64,000 nt of DNA from Hyaloraphidium curvatum SAG 235-1 (Eukaryota; Fungi; Monoblepharomycota): positions 1,178,001 through 1,242,000 of the forward strand of contig JAIVFI010000002.1 in the NCBI GenBank assembly GCA_025558095.1. Direction: 5' to 3'. Position 1 is the first letter of the stretch. Every line of letters starts with the position of its first letter. The translations under genes were made by a program, and so were the position numbers. The notes beneath the pieces were generated by a model. The model was not told the DNA's origin, did no database searches, and saw only the letters and a list, made by a program, of their open reading frames with translations. This document shows positions 21,245 through 33,295 of the stretch, piece after piece.

Positions 21245-23896
21245 ATGGCAGACATTCCGAGCGACCTGGACGTGCTCCAGCACACCGAGACCGCGCCGAA
21301 GCGGGACCTCTACGCGACCTTCCGGGCCGCAGCGTCCCGCAATAGACAGCCCACCGCGCTCGGCCCGCGCAGACTCTCGGCGGCGGCCGAGCTCCGGCGT
21401 GAGCGGCAAAAGGCCGAGAGGAAGCAGGCAGTGAAGAGCTACTTCCTCGGCCTGTTCCCGCCGGTGGGTGGCACTCGTCGCGGGTTTTGGGGCCCGTCTG
21501 ACGGCGCCCGCAGCTGCAATGGATCCCGCTGTACTTTGCATCGGCAAAGAAGGCCGACGTCGAATCCGGGGCGGCCCAGAAACCGAAGGTTCAGAACGCC
21601 TTTCCCCTGGAAAGCTGGAAGAAGCTGCTGCAGAACGACGTGCTGGCCGGCATCCAGGTGGCGCTCATGGTCGTGCCGCAGGGCATGGCGTATGCGACGC
21701 TGGCCCAGCTGCCGCCCGTCTACGGGCTCTATTCGACGCTCTTTGGCATGTGCGTGCTCGGTCGTCGCGCTCGGTCTCGGCGGAAGCTGATCTGCCACCG
21801 CCTCCAGGTTCATCTACCCGCTCTTCGGCACCTCCCGCGAGCTGTCCGTGGCTCCGGTGGCCGTCAACGCCCTCCTCATGGCCTCGACACTCTCGGGCTT
21901 CGCCAACCCTACCTCCCAGGCCGACCTCTACCTCCAGTACGTCCTGGTGACCACCTTCCTCATCGGTGTCTTTTCGCTGGGCTTCGGCCTGCTCAACCTC
22001 GGCTACGCCGTGACGTTTGTGAGCCCCGCGGTGATCACGGGGTTCACCTCGGGTTCGGCGCTCGTGATCATGGTGTCCCAGCTAGAGACGCTGTTTGGGT
22101 TCTCGACCGAGAAGTCGGTCCGTAGTTACGTGCCCCGCAAGGGAAGGACAGAAGCTCATCAATGATGTTTCTTTTCCAGGACTATGCGCTGGTCACGCTG
22201 TACCGCTTCTTCGCCAACATCGCCAAGACCAAGTGGGTCGCGCTTCTGATTGGTCTCGTCTCCCTTGCGTGAGTGCATTGCTTGCTTGCCATTGACGCAT
22301 GCAGCTGATTTAATCGTCGCATCCAGGATCATGGAGGTCCTCAAGCGCATCAAAAAGGCCCGCCTCGTGCCGCGCCCCCTCGTCGTCGTCGTCATCTCCA
22401 CCATCATGGCCTACCTCTTCCAGCGGTTCGCCCCGCAGTTCCCCCTCCCCATCGTCGGCGAGGTGCCGCGCGGATTGCCACCGGTCACGGTGCCGCCCCT
22501 GGGCAATTCGGAGATCATGCTCAACTCGGTCATGCCCGCCTTCCTCCTCACCATCATCGGGTTCCTGCAGTCGATCGCCGTCACCCTCCGCTTCTCCGAA
22601 AAGCGCGGTTACGCCGTGCGCCCCTCACAGGAACTCAACGCCCTCGGCCTTGTTCACATCGTCTCCTCCTTCTTCTCGTGCTTCGACTCGACCGGCGGCT
22701 TCTCCCGCACCGCCGTCTCGGTCTCGGTCGGCACCTACTCGCAGCTCTCCTCCATCGTCACGGGCATCGGCCTGATCCTCGCCCTCCTCGTCCTGACCCC
22801 GCTCTTCTACTACATGCCCAAGAGCGCGCTGGCGGCCATCATCATCTCGGCCGTGATCCCGCTGGTGGACCCGGACGCGTACAAGCGGCTCTGGCGCATC
22901 GGCCAGCGGATCGATTTCTTCGTCGCCCTGGGGACGGCGATCGTAACGTTCGCCGTGACGGCGCAGGTCGGCATCGGCGTGGGCGTCGGCGTCAGCTTGC
23001 TCGGGGTGCTCTACAACATCTCGCGGCCGCATTCGACGGTCATGGGCAGGATCGTGCTCAGGACGAGCGACGAGAAGGAGGAGGTCGGCGAGGAGGAGGA
23101 AGAAGAGGAGGCGGACGCGAAGCACGAGGATGAGGCGCCGCTGCCTCCGATCAAGGAGGACGAGTGGGTCGGGGAGGCGCTGGCGAGGCGCGTTTCGAAG
23201 GCGGATGCAGGCGCATCTCCGGCATCGGCGGAGGTCGCCGAGGCCGCCTCGGCTGAGGTGCTTCTCCCGGGCGCCCCCGAACTGCCCAAGACCAAGCCTG
23301 CCGTTTCCGTCGCCGCGCAGGCCGACTCATCCGGCACCATGAACCAGCCGGGTAGCATCACCGTCTGGCGCAACGTGCGGCGCTATGCGACCGAGCAGAT
23401 CCCCGGCATCGTCATCTTCCGCTTCGACGCCAACCTGTGGTTTGCCAACGCCAACTACTTCCGCGAGCGGTGCCTCGCCGTCGTGCGACATCCCGACGAC
23501 TTTGGATACCGCGTCACCGGGCAGCAGCTGCCGGCTACGCCGGCCAACGCCGTGGCCTCGGATGCCTCCGGCGGGACGGAGCTGCGGGACCTTCCGGCAC
23601 CGCTGCCGACGCTTGCGATCGCGCCGCCGCCTGTCAAGTTCCTGGTGATCGACGCCACCCCGATGAACTCGATCGACGACGCCGGGTTCCAGTCCCTCGT
23701 CTCGCTGCGGGCGACGCTCAAGGACACGGCGGGCTGCAGGCTTCTGATGGCGGGCGTCAAGGGCCCATGCCGGGACGTGATCTGGCGCAGCACCAAGGGG
23801 TTCACGGAGAAGGGGAGCCTGGGGGACGACATGTTCTTCCGGGACGTGGATGCGGCCGTGGAGCACGCCGAGGCGGAGATGGCGGCGGGAGTCTGA
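21245..23896 (+). CDS. SulP/SLC26 sulfate/anion transporter with STAS domain, spliced
   Basis: DVLAGIQVALMVVPQGMAYATLAQLPPVYGLYS, FGTSRELSVAPVA, SQELNALG, GGFSRTAV. STAS region FRFDANLWFAN...IDATPMNSIDDAG. Confidence 0.93.
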
Positions 23897-24725
23897 GTGG
23901 CATATATGGGTGGAATGGCACCAGCATAGAGCTCTTTGTCCCTAGATACAAAAAAATGGCCGATGCGGGTCCTCGGAAGCCATCCAACCGACTAGCTACG
24001 GAGCCCGCTGTCCCTGCGGCCAAGAGCCCGACCGGCGGCCGGGCGGACGAAGTGCCGCTTAGGGTCTGGTGGCAAACCACCACAAGGCGCCGCCCGGAAG
24101 CGGCGCTGCCTGCCCTTGCGGACCGCCGGGACGAAAACTGTTTGAACACGCCCCTGCGACTTTCCCGCAAGGAGCGCGGGGATCGGAGCACGATCGAGCG
24201 AGCTGGAGGCGGCCGAACGCCGGTGCCCGAAACGGCGGAGAATGGCTGGGCTGCGGAGGAGGGATCCGACACGGCCGCCGTTGCGGATGCAGGAATGCAT
24301 CGAGCTGATCTCTCTCCTGTCGGGAAGATTGAACAAAAGAGGTGTGTGGCAGACCCGGGTCCGCATTCGTTGGCGTCTCGGTCGACGTCCGGAGGTTCGG
24401 TTGGCTTCCGTACGGTCCTCCCCCAGTCCTTCAAAGGGGCAGCAGCAAAGACGGTTTGCCCACAAGCAGTGGGTGTCACAGCGCTGCCTTAATGAATCAG
24501 GACGCTGAGCATCCCTGGAGGAAGGTCCAGGCGCAAGAAGAAGGCCGACCGAGGCCAGGCTCCGTTTTTCCGGCGGCGGCCGCCGGCCGCAAGGGCAGTT
24601 GTTTTCGCCATCGCGCGGCCAAAGCAGACATGGAAAGCAGAGAAAAGACGACGGCAGCTGTCGTAGGCAGGAACATATTCACCTGATCCGCTGTGCGACG
24701 GCCGATCACTCCGCGCCGTGGGTGA

Positions 24726-27003
24726 ATGCATCGGTTCGGAAGGGATCTCCTCGCACTCACGCGCTCCAGACCGATTCCGCCCCCCCACGATGGGCGTGCC
24801 TCCGCGCTAGCGCCGGCGTCCGAGGCCGCGATGGACCGCGAGCGGCGCGCGGCCATCGACCACGGCCGCGCGCGGCGGCGCGACTTCCGCACCGTGCGCG
24901 TTCTCGGCATCGGCTCGAAGGCGGCGGTGAAGCTCGCCGTGCGGCTGTCGGACGGCCGCGAGCTCGCGCTCAAGTCGATCCGCAAGCCGGGCCGCCACGC
25001 CGACGGCGACTCGGCGGCCTCGGGCTCGCCGCAGCGGCCGGCGCACGCGGGCCCGCACGGTGGCGCGTCCGACTCGGCGGGCGACTACGCCGCGCTGGAA
25101 CGCGAGTGGCGCACCGAGGTCCGCGCCCTCGAGATCGTCGGGCAGCACGAAAACATGCCGGAGCTCATCGAGGCGTTCGAGACCTCGAGCAAGTGGTACA
25201 TCGCCCTCGAGTTCCAGCGCGGCGGCGACCTCTTCTCGCGGCTGGCCGTGATGGGCCAGTTCACGGAACTGCACGCCAGCGCCGTCATCGCGACAATCGT
25301 CAACGCCGTGCACTTTTTGCACGCCCACGGGATCGCCCACAGGGACCTGAAGTGGGCTCGAAAGGCTTGCCGACCGTCGCGAATATTGACCGGCGCCCAA
25401 AATTCCCCAGACCCGCCAACTTACTTATGAAGGACGAGTCTGAAAACTCCAACCTCTGCCTGGTCGATTTCGGCGCCGGGTTTGTCATGGACCGTGGCAT
25501 AACCGAGCAGGCCGCGACGAACAGACCCCTATCCTCCGCCGTCACCCGCCCGAGCGCCTCGCGGTCGACATCGGACCTCCATCGCCAGTCCATGAAGACA
25601 ATCACGGGTGGGCCACTCCGCCCGAATGTTGCCTGGATTCTTCGCGGCCTCTCACACGTGCTTTCTTGCCAGGAACGCCCTTCTACCTCGCGCCCGAGAT
25701 TGTCGTCGGGATGAGCTACACCACCAAAGTGGACATGTGGAGCCTGGGCTGTATTGCGTACCAGCTGCTTGTCGGCGTGACGCCCTTCCAATCCTCGGTC
25801 AGCTTCGAGCAGCTGTACCACCGGATCGTGACGGCCGACTACGCCTTCCCCGACGACATCCCGCTGTCGGACCTGGCGAAGGACTTTGTCAGCTCGCTCC
25901 TCGTTGCGGACCCCAACCGCCGCTTTTCCGCCGGGCAGGCGATGCGGCATCCGTGGATCCGCCAGGGCGTGCCGCCCTCGTACCTCCTCCTCCTCCTCGA
26001 ATTCAACCACGAGGCCAACCCGGACCTCTTTTCTGCCCCCTCTCTCGAGATACTCAACGACACTTCCCCGAATTCCGACTCATGGGGCCTCCGCAGCCTC
26101 CCGCGCCAGTCCGCGGGCGGCGCACCCTCACTCTCCGTGCCGGGCTCCCTGCCCGACGCCCTGCCCGGCGCGCTCCCCCTTTCCAAACAGCCCAGCGACG
26201 AGACCCTCGGCCGCTCCATCCGCTCGCGGTGGGAGCAGCAGGGTCGGCCCGGCGTCCTGCAGATCCCGAGCACCTCGTACCCGGGCCCGGCCGACGCCGC
26301 GAGCCCGCTCAGCGACGGCGACGTGGCCATGCAGGACGGTTTCCAGAGCGGCAACCTGAACCTGCCGGACCTCCTGCAGCCCATCCGCCGCGCCATCTCG
26401 GGTATGCCCGTATGGGCGTCGCCCTCGGGGCACCTGCAGGTCGGGGAGGACGACGACGGCGACGGCGGCGGGCCCGAGGTGGAAATCACCGCGGCCTCGG
26501 GCCCGCCCGAACCCACGCCATGGTTCTCCGGCCCCGCGACGGCCGGCGACGCGGACGGCCACCAGGCGGGCCCCCAGGCGGACGGGATGGCGGGGCAGTA
26601 CGCGTACGGGACCGTGTTTTCCGGGGGTTTCCCGGCCACGGGCGCGTTCCTGTGGGACTCGGTGGCGCCGGACGGGGAGGCGGACAACGACGAGGCGCCG
26701 ACGGAGCTGGAACCGGCGCCGCCGGCGGGCTCCTTCGGGCAGCCGGCGGGTTACCCCGCGGGCTACCAGGCGGGGCAGCACCAGCAGGGGGGACACGCGC
26801 CGTACGGACAGTTCGGGCAGTACGCGGGGTACTGGGCGCCGCAGGGGCCGCAGGTCCCCTTTGCCGGACGGAGGGGGTCGGCGGGGCTGGCGGAGCCGTA
26901 CCAGGGCGCGGCCGAGGGCGAGGGGAACCGGAGCGGCGAGATCGCGAGGGTCAGGGGGCTGGTGTCGGATCTCGCGGGGTTCGGGTTCGGGAGGTCGGGG
27001 TAG
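24726..27003 (+). CDS. CAMK-group Ser/Thr protein kinase with long disordered C-tail, spliced (start uncertain)
   Basis: LGIGSKAAV, ALKSI, HRDLK-PANLL, DFG, GTPFYLAPE, DMWSLG, HPW. Confidence 0.9.
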
Positions 27004-27164
27004 CCGGGCATGGTGGTAGTGTGCGCCGGGGATGGGGCGATGCCAGAATCGAAGCCGATCTAGCCGGGCGACGTTGGACATTTCCTCGTCCTCACAGAGG
27101 CTTATGCTTCTGCAGTTCGTGCGAGTTCATTTCGGATCAAATGGCATCCACCGTCCATCGAATG

Positions 27165-29747
27165 CTACCTGACTACGGTCAAGGTCTTCCTCGCTGTGGC
27201 CTGCAGCAGCGTGGTGGTGCCGAGGAAGCGCGCGGTGACGGTTGTCCTCCCCAGGGCAGCCCTCGCCGGCACCAAGTAGTTGGCCGACGCCGTTCCTGCG
27301 GCGTTGGTTGTCCCGTTGACCTTGGCCCCGGAGCCGACCTGGAATTGGATGACTAGCTTTGACACCGGCTTTCCCGCAGAGTTCAGAGCTCTCGCGGAGA
27401 TCGCCACCCTTCTCCCACGACGGGCGCTCGCCGGCGCCGAGACCGACAGCCTCACGGCACCTTTCGCCCTGCAGGATTTCCCGTTGCCATAGAATGCGGC
27501 CTTGCAGGTGCAAACAACTGCGGTGCCGTCTGGCCTGATGGAGCATGTTGCGTTGGCGGAGCATCCGCCGTTCGGCCTGGTGAGGCACTTCGACCTGCAC
27601 TGATAATAGTGTCCGTCGAGAGTGTAGCCGGATTCATAGCCACCGACGCAGACGCATTCGGGGTACCCGTGGATGCTGTTTATTGCGCACTTGGCATGCG
27701 CGTCGCAAACCGGATAGTCGGGCCTGCATTTGCAAGTCCGGGAAGATGGGCCGGTGCGGACGCACAGCGCGTATTCTGTGCATCCGCCATTGTTGAAGCA
27801 CGGGTCGGGCAAGCAGTTTCGGCCGTCGCCCAGGTAGCCTTCCCAGCAGGTGCAGACGGGCCCGCTGGCCGAGGGGGCGCAAGTCGCTTGCGGCGAGCAG
27901 CCGCCGTTGTTGTTCACGCACGGGTCCGCCGTGCAGGTCAAGCCGTCCCCGAAGAAGCCGTCATTGCACAGGCAGAAGGAGGAGCCGCCGTAGCGGACGC
28001 ATGAGGCCGACGGCGAGCAAGCGCCGTTGCACGGCGCGCGGATCTCTTGCGGGGCGCAATCCGAGACGCCTGTGCCCCAGGGCAGCACCGCTGCCGCGGC
28101 CCGGGCGCACCATCCGGTCATCTGGTCGTCCACGCTGCACACGTATCCGACCTCGCCCGAAGGGTGCGGTTCCGGCTCCCCCGGCGCGAGGGAAGTGCAA
28201 GCCGAGTCTCGGTAAAAGGAGCAGCGCCCCGCATCGGAGCCCCTGCACTGCACGCCGCCTCCGGTGCCGTGGTACCTGGCGAGGACGCGATCGCCGTTCT
28301 CGCCGCAGAGCTGCACGCATTTCCACGCGCCGCGAGGTGTTGGAATCGGAGGGTCAGGCGGGGTGCCCCCTGGAAGAGGGCGTGCGGGGTCCATTCCCAG
28401 ACGATACAGGATTTCCGTGTCGTTGTAGGCCTTGTCCGATCGGTCCAGGATCTTCCAGAATATGTCTGCCGGGACGGTGCGAGCCAGGTTGGCGGCGCAG
28501 GCGGGGTCCGTGATGGAAGGGTAGTTATAGTCGTCGAAGCACCTGGCGGAGTACGTCTTGGAGCCCGCGCAAGCTATCGATCCATTGCCGGTGCGTCGAA
28601 GGATGCGGTAAGTGTACGTGCGCTTCGAGTACTCGGAATCGTAGGTGCTCGGCGTCCGTCTCACGACCGTCCACGGCCCAGCGCTGGGATCCGGCTCGGA
28701 CTGCGTATAGTTCTCGTTCTGGTTCGTGCGAACGGGCGTGAACGTGCAGTTGTGCCCCAGCATGGCGTTGAAACTCGTCATGCCCGTCGTTGCAGCCAGC
28801 GCACGGGGGCACCAGGCGGCACCCGCAGGGCAGGGCACAGTCGGCCACGAGGTAGGCGGCCCCCTGTCCGCGGCAGCGGTGACCGCCCACGACTGGTTCC
28901 GCCCGAGGACGCTGCAGCACGATCCGGGAAGAACCATGCACGATCCCGAGCCATCGGTGAGGCAGGCCGCACGGCCAAAGGAGTCGCGCTTCACCAGCAG
29001 GCCCTCCATGAAGGCGTCGTCGTTGGGGATGCAGGCAAAGTAGGTGCCCCCATAGTCCACTTCAGGGCCGGAGCTGAACAAACCACCGAAGGCTGGGCAC
29101 GCCATGGCGGCCCTACAGGCCTGCTTGCCGCTGACGGAGGCGGAGCCATCATTGGGATTGGCAATGAGGTGCGTCGCTGCAAGGACCCAAGACGACGGCC
29201 CCGCTTTCGAGCTTCCTTTCCTCAAAGCATTGAGCGAGTCCCAGCGGCATGGTGCGGTCGAGTTGCAGCGCAGGCTGAAGTCGTAGCTCCTGGAGTAGGG
29301 AGGACCGCGGTAGACGCCGTCGGCGGCCTTGAAGAAGCATTTGCCGGCATCCTCGCCGACGGTCATGTTTGCGCTCCACGAGGATGTCGTCAGACTGTTG
29401 GTTGCAATGCCGCAGGTGACCCTGGTGTCGTTGGCATACGATTGGCAGGTCATCGGCCTCCTGTTGGCCGGGTCCCCGCACCCCTCGGGGCAGTACCAAG
29501 ACCCGTAGGCGCACGTGTCATAGCTCGAGGTGTAGTAGCACTGGTTGTCGACGGTGACCCTGCAGGCCGGTGTGCCCATGGCGGGTTCCGTGAAGTTCTG
29601 GTAGTAGTAGGAGCTGCAGGACGGCGACGTCCTCGGGCGGATCCCGTGCGGGTCCGGCGCCGCGGCGGCGCCGGCGAGCAGCGCCGCCGCGATCGCCGCC
29701 CACAATGCGAATGTGCTGGTGCGGAGTGTCCTTTGTGACTTAATCAT
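27165..29747 (-). CDS. Secreted Cys-rich protein with EGF-like repeats and C-terminal basic Ig-like domain (copy 1), intronless
   Basis: 860-aa ORF with signal peptide. EGF_3-type repeats (CLCNDGFFGDGLTC, NNGGCSPQATC, CTCWEGYLGDG). C-terminus resembles a bacterial-type Ig domain (GKPVSKLVIQF...TTNAAGTA...VTARFLG). Confidence 0.85.
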   Translation of the reverse strand: MIKSQRTLRTSTFALWAAIAAALLAGAAAAPDPHGIRPRTSPSCSSYYYQNFTEPAMGTPACRVTVDNQCYYTSSYDTCAYGSWYCPEGCGDPANRRPMTCQSYANDTRVTCGIATNSLTTSSWSANMTVGEDAGKCFFKAADGVYRGPPYSRSYDFSLRCNSTAPCRWDSLNALRKGSSKAGPSSWVLAATHLIANPNDGSASVSGKQACRAAMACPAFGGLFSSGPEVDYGGTYFACIPNDDAFMEGLLVKRDSFGRAACLTDGSGSCMVLPGSCCSVLGRNQSWAVTAAADRGPPTSWPTVPCPAGAAWCPRALAATTGMTSFNAMLGHNCTFTPVRTNQNENYTQSEPDPSAGPWTVVRRTPSTYDSEYSKRTYTYRILRRTGNGSIACAGSKTYSARCFDDYNYPSITDPACAANLARTVPADIFWKILDRSDKAYNDTEILYRLGMDPARPLPGGTPPDPPIPTPRGAWKCVQLCGENGDRVLARYHGTGGGVQCRGSDAGRCSFYRDSACTSLAPGEPEPHPSGEVGYVCSVDDQMTGWCARAAAAVLPWGTGVSDCAPQEIRAPCNGACSPSASCVRYGGSSFCLCNDGFFGDGLTCTADPCVNNNGGCSPQATCAPSASGPVCTCWEGYLGDGRNCLPDPCFNNGGCTEYALCVRTGPSSRTCKCRPDYPVCDAHAKCAINSIHGYPECVCVGGYESGYTLDGHYYQCRSKCLTRPNGGCSANATCSIRPDGTAVVCTCKAAFYGNGKSCRAKGAVRLSVSAPASARRGRRVAISARALNSAGKPVSKLVIQFQVGSGAKVNGTTNAAGTASANYLVPARAALGRTTVTARFLGTTTLLQATARKTLTVVR

Positions 29748-29953
29748 TTGGTTTGGCTGCGTGTGGCGAAGCAGGGAGCGAGGTTGCAGTCATCCTTGGC
29801 TAGCCCTGGTCGGGACCCTGAAGCCTGAAGCCATGCGACCCTGCAGATCGATTCGCAAGCCGACCTGTCGAACGGACTCTGGCCGTCGTCTGCATTTGCA
29901 TCCCCGTAACGAGGCTCCACCCTGCCGCATAGTAAACGCGCCACCCATCACCA

Positions 29954-31618
29954 TCAAGACACCTCGCACGGCTCGCCCCCGGGTTCCCCATCTCCGGCCG
30001 CCCCGCCCGCCGTGTAAACCACGCTCTCTTGCCCCAGCAACCCCACCACATCCTGCAGCTCCGCCTCCCTCCTCCCCTCGGGCCTCGCCGCCGCCCTCCC
30101 CGCCGCATCCGCCACCCTCGCGACCCTCTCGATCGCCTTGCCCACGCCGAACCCGTCGTCCCCGTCCAGCCCGACCGTTGAGCCCGCCAGCGTCCTGCCC
30201 AGCTCCCCCGCGGCACTCGCCAGCTCCCTCACCATCCCGCGGAGGAGCGCGACCTCCCTCTCCAGCGCCGCGATCCGCCCGTCCCACGGCGGGCGGAGAA
30301 GGTACCTCTTCATCCCCTCGAGCTCCTCCCTCGCACCCGAGGGCAGGTCCTCCCGCGCCAGCAGCACCCTGGCGGGGTGGTCCAGGGTGCCGCCCAGCTG
30401 CAGCGCATCTTTGAGGGTCCACGAGCCCTCGGGCGGGGAGCCGGCGGATGCTTCGAGCGCCGCGCGGAGGGCGGCGAGCGAGGACGGGGTGGAGAGGGAG
30501 AGCAGGGCGTGCAGGACGGATTGCAGCGCCCTGAGCGCCGGGACGCGGCCGGGGGCGGTGCGCTGCAGGGTGGAGAGGTGCGACGCCTGCTTGCTCGCGA
30601 GGAGGGCGAGGAGGGCGGTGCCGGCCGCGGAGTCGGAGGGCAGCACGCCGCGGGAGGTGGGAGGGAGGGTGGCGAGTGCGAAGAGCGCGGCGACCAGCGC
30701 TTCGGGCCCGGATTGGGCGGCGAGAAGTGCGGTCACGGCCACGGGATCGGCCTTGGCAAGCAAGGCTTGCGTGGCGACGAGGAAGGCCCTCTGCGGGGGG
30801 GATCCCCTTGCGGTGCCCGTGGCCGTCGTTTCCGCGAGGAGCATGCGCAGATCGGAGGATATGGCGAGCCGTGCCGCGACGGCCGCAAGCTCCTCGAGAG
30901 CGCCTGGGACGAACTCGGCCGGAACCCTTGCAGGCAACCGCAGCACCAGCTCCATCGTCTCGCGACGGACCCTCTCCTCCGTTTCCTGCGACGCAATCGT
31001 CTTCAGCGCGAGCTCCACATCCGCCAGCGTCATCGAAAAGTCGGGAACCTTGGAGCGCCGCAGCAGCCTCTCGCTCTCGGGCAGCGCGGCCGCCGCCTCC
31101 GCCGACGGCGCGACGGTGATGTCCGTGGGGCCTGCTACCAGCGTGTATGGAGGCAGCTCGTCGCCCCTGGGTTCGGGGAACGCGTCCGCGGGCGCCGGTT
31201 GCGGTGCGGGGGACGCGTTCCGAGGCCTGGCGAGCGACGACGCCCGCGGCGGGGCCACCGGCGCGTCCCCCGCCATCCCAGCGAGCCCGATCCCGCCATC
31301 CTGCCCGCCGCTCCCCGGTCCCAGCAGCCCCAGCCTCTCCAGATCGCCCCTCGTCACGCGTTCCGTGATGGTCCCCGCGGCGTGCCAGGAGGGCAGCAGC
31401 GCCGTGATCTCGTCCTGCGACGCGTCCTCGCCGAAGCTCTCGATCACGCCGTCGCAGAACTTGAGCAGCCGCTCGTCCGGGGGCGGCGCGGCGTCGAGGC
31501 CGTTGCGGATGGCGAAGCGCTGCGCGATGAGGGAGGCGAGGCGGAAGGAGCCCTCGTGGTGCACGGGGGCGGTACCGGCGGGGCCAGCGGCCGGTTTGGA
31601 CTTGGTATTGGAGCCCAT
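29954..31618 (-). CDS. Hypothetical helical/coiled-coil protein
   Basis: Long Ala/Leu-rich ORF from MGSNTKSK, with an LPPY motif and a C-terminal heptad segment RIAALEREVALLRGMVREL. No family recognised. Confidence 0.6.
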   Translation of the reverse strand: MGSNTKSKPAAGPAGTAPVHHEGSFRLASLIAQRFAIRNGLDAAPPPDERLLKFCDGVIESFGEDASQDEITALLPSWHAAGTITERVTRGDLERLGLLGPGSGGQDGGIGLAGMAGDAPVAPPRASSLARPRNASPAPQPAPADAFPEPRGDELPPYTLVAGPTDITVAPSAEAAAALPESERLLRRSKVPDFSMTLADVELALKTIASQETEERVRRETMELVLRLPARVPAEFVPGALEELAAVAARLAISSDLRMLLAETTATGTARGSPPQRAFLVATQALLAKADPVAVTALLAAQSGPEALVAALFALATLPPTSRGVLPSDSAAGTALLALLASKQASHLSTLQRTAPGRVPALRALQSVLHALLSLSTPSSLAALRAALEASAGSPPEGSWTLKDALQLGGTLDHPARVLLAREDLPSGAREELEGMKRYLLRPPWDGRIAALEREVALLRGMVRELASAAGELGRTLAGSTVGLDGDDGFGVGKAIERVARVADAAGRAAARPEGRREAELQDVVGLLGQESVVYTAGGAAGDGEPGGEPCEVS

Positions 31619-31821
31619 GGAGGCGGGATGCGGGTCGGAGGGCGGGTATCGACGAAACCTATTGGTCGGTTCTTCCGCCGGCAATCCCTTCCAGAACCCG
31701 TTGAGGTCCGCCGAAACGGCAATCCGGACCGATCGATGCGCACCGTCTCGACCGCGAAGCGCGACATCTTGGTATATTGTAATCGTTCTCGGAGCTACAT
31801 CGGCTGTATCCATCTGCTGCT

Positions 31822-33295
31822 TCACTGCTTCTTGAAAACCAGCATGTACGCCTCCTTCGCGTCGACGCCGTGTTCCAACAGAAGCTGAAAGTGCCTGTCC
31901 TGGCGGGCCTTGTCCTTGCGCCTCTCCTCGCGATCGAGCTCGGCGGTCCTCGTCTTGCACCGCTTCCTGGGATCTGCGTCTGATTCAACGGCGCTGCTGG
32001 AGCCGTCGTCGTCGCTGGAGGAGCGCTTGCGGCTTCCGGACTGCTGCTTCTGCTTCTGGAGCACGGTGCCGGTTTGCTTAAACTCGTTGTCCTCGGCCCA
32101 GATCTGCATGTCTCCCACCCGGCTCGCGGTCCCGGTCGAGCAGTCCAGCGTCTCCATGGTTTCAAAGGACGCGCCGCGCTTGTGGATGACGTGGGCGACC
32201 ACCCAGTGCAGCTTCTCGAGCGGACCGGTCGCCTTGATCTGCTCCTGCTCGGCCTTGAACACCTTCTCGCAGAACTTGTCGAGGTCGAACTCCTCGCACG
32301 ACCTCTCCCTCATTGTGTTGGACCGCTGGACGACCCCTATGAACCATTTCTCGATGCTCCTTGGTTTGCATCCTTCCCTTGTAAGGAACTGGAAATCATG
32401 GGGTAAGGGCTAGTTCACAACTGAATTAGAGTGCCGCACTCACCTGAAACAGAACCTTGGTCTTGTCGCTGGCGTGCTGCTTCCTTCGGTCTTCAATCTT
32501 GATCGAGATGCCGATCTTGCCGTTGCCTTTCTTTGTCAGCCCCAAATAGACGTAGCCCCGCTGGGCCTCCTCCGCGTCCGTGGTTTCTCCCTCCTTACCA
32601 GAGGAGACCTCGATCGGAGCGAAGGTGAGCCTAGCTTGCTCGATCATTCTCAAGCTTGTGCGGGTGCTGGAAATCTTCCGCGCAGCCAACGAGTTTCCCA
32701 GGTCAGCTGAGCGCACGTAAGCCTCGAGCGCCTGGTACTTGTACCCGGCATGCAGCAAAACATCTCCGATGAAGCCCAGCAGTTCCGCATCGTTGGCTCC
32801 GACGCGCTTGACCAGCGAGAACCACTTGCGTGCCTCATTGGCGTTCGTGACCGTGTAGCGTCTTCCCAAGATTCGACACGTCAAGTTGGCGGCGCCCCAC
32901 CCGTCTTCCATCTCGGCGGCGCGTCGGAAGCGCTCTTCCGCTGTGGCAAGGTCCGTGGGCGGCGCGCCGGGCTTCAACCCATACGCACAACCGACTAGGT
33001 TGTGCACAGATGCTTCGTTCGAGCCGATGGCTTCAGCCTTGGAGAGCCAATGCATACCATCTTCCAGGCTCTTGGGTACCCCCTCCCCCATGAAGTAGGC
33101 GCAAGCGAGGTGGCCGCAACCGTTCGGGTCTCCGAGGTCGGCGGCGCGCCGGTAGAGCGCAGATCCCCTCACGTCGTCTTGCGCCTTGCCTTTGCCTTCC
33201 CTGTAGCAGACACCAAGTCTGTCGAGCGCCGCGGCGTTCCCGGCCTCGGCGGCGCTCTGGACCACGGCGGCGTTCAGGGCGAGGGAGTAGGACAT
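31822..33295 (-). CDS. Sel1-like repeat protein fused to a GIY-YIG-like (T5orf172/MUG113-type) domain, one 34-nt intron
   Basis: Sel1 repeats (AAEAGNAAALDRLGVCYREGKG; AADLGDPNGCGHLACAYFMGEGV), then GYVYLG...KIGIS...DRRKQH. Intron 32410-32443 joins the two ORFs in frame. Confidence 0.75.

Noticed and set aside
23957-24492. ORF starting MADAGPRKPS between the SulP and kinase genes
   Set aside because: No motifs and no clear coding bias; it may be UTR, intergenic DNA or an upstream kinase exon.
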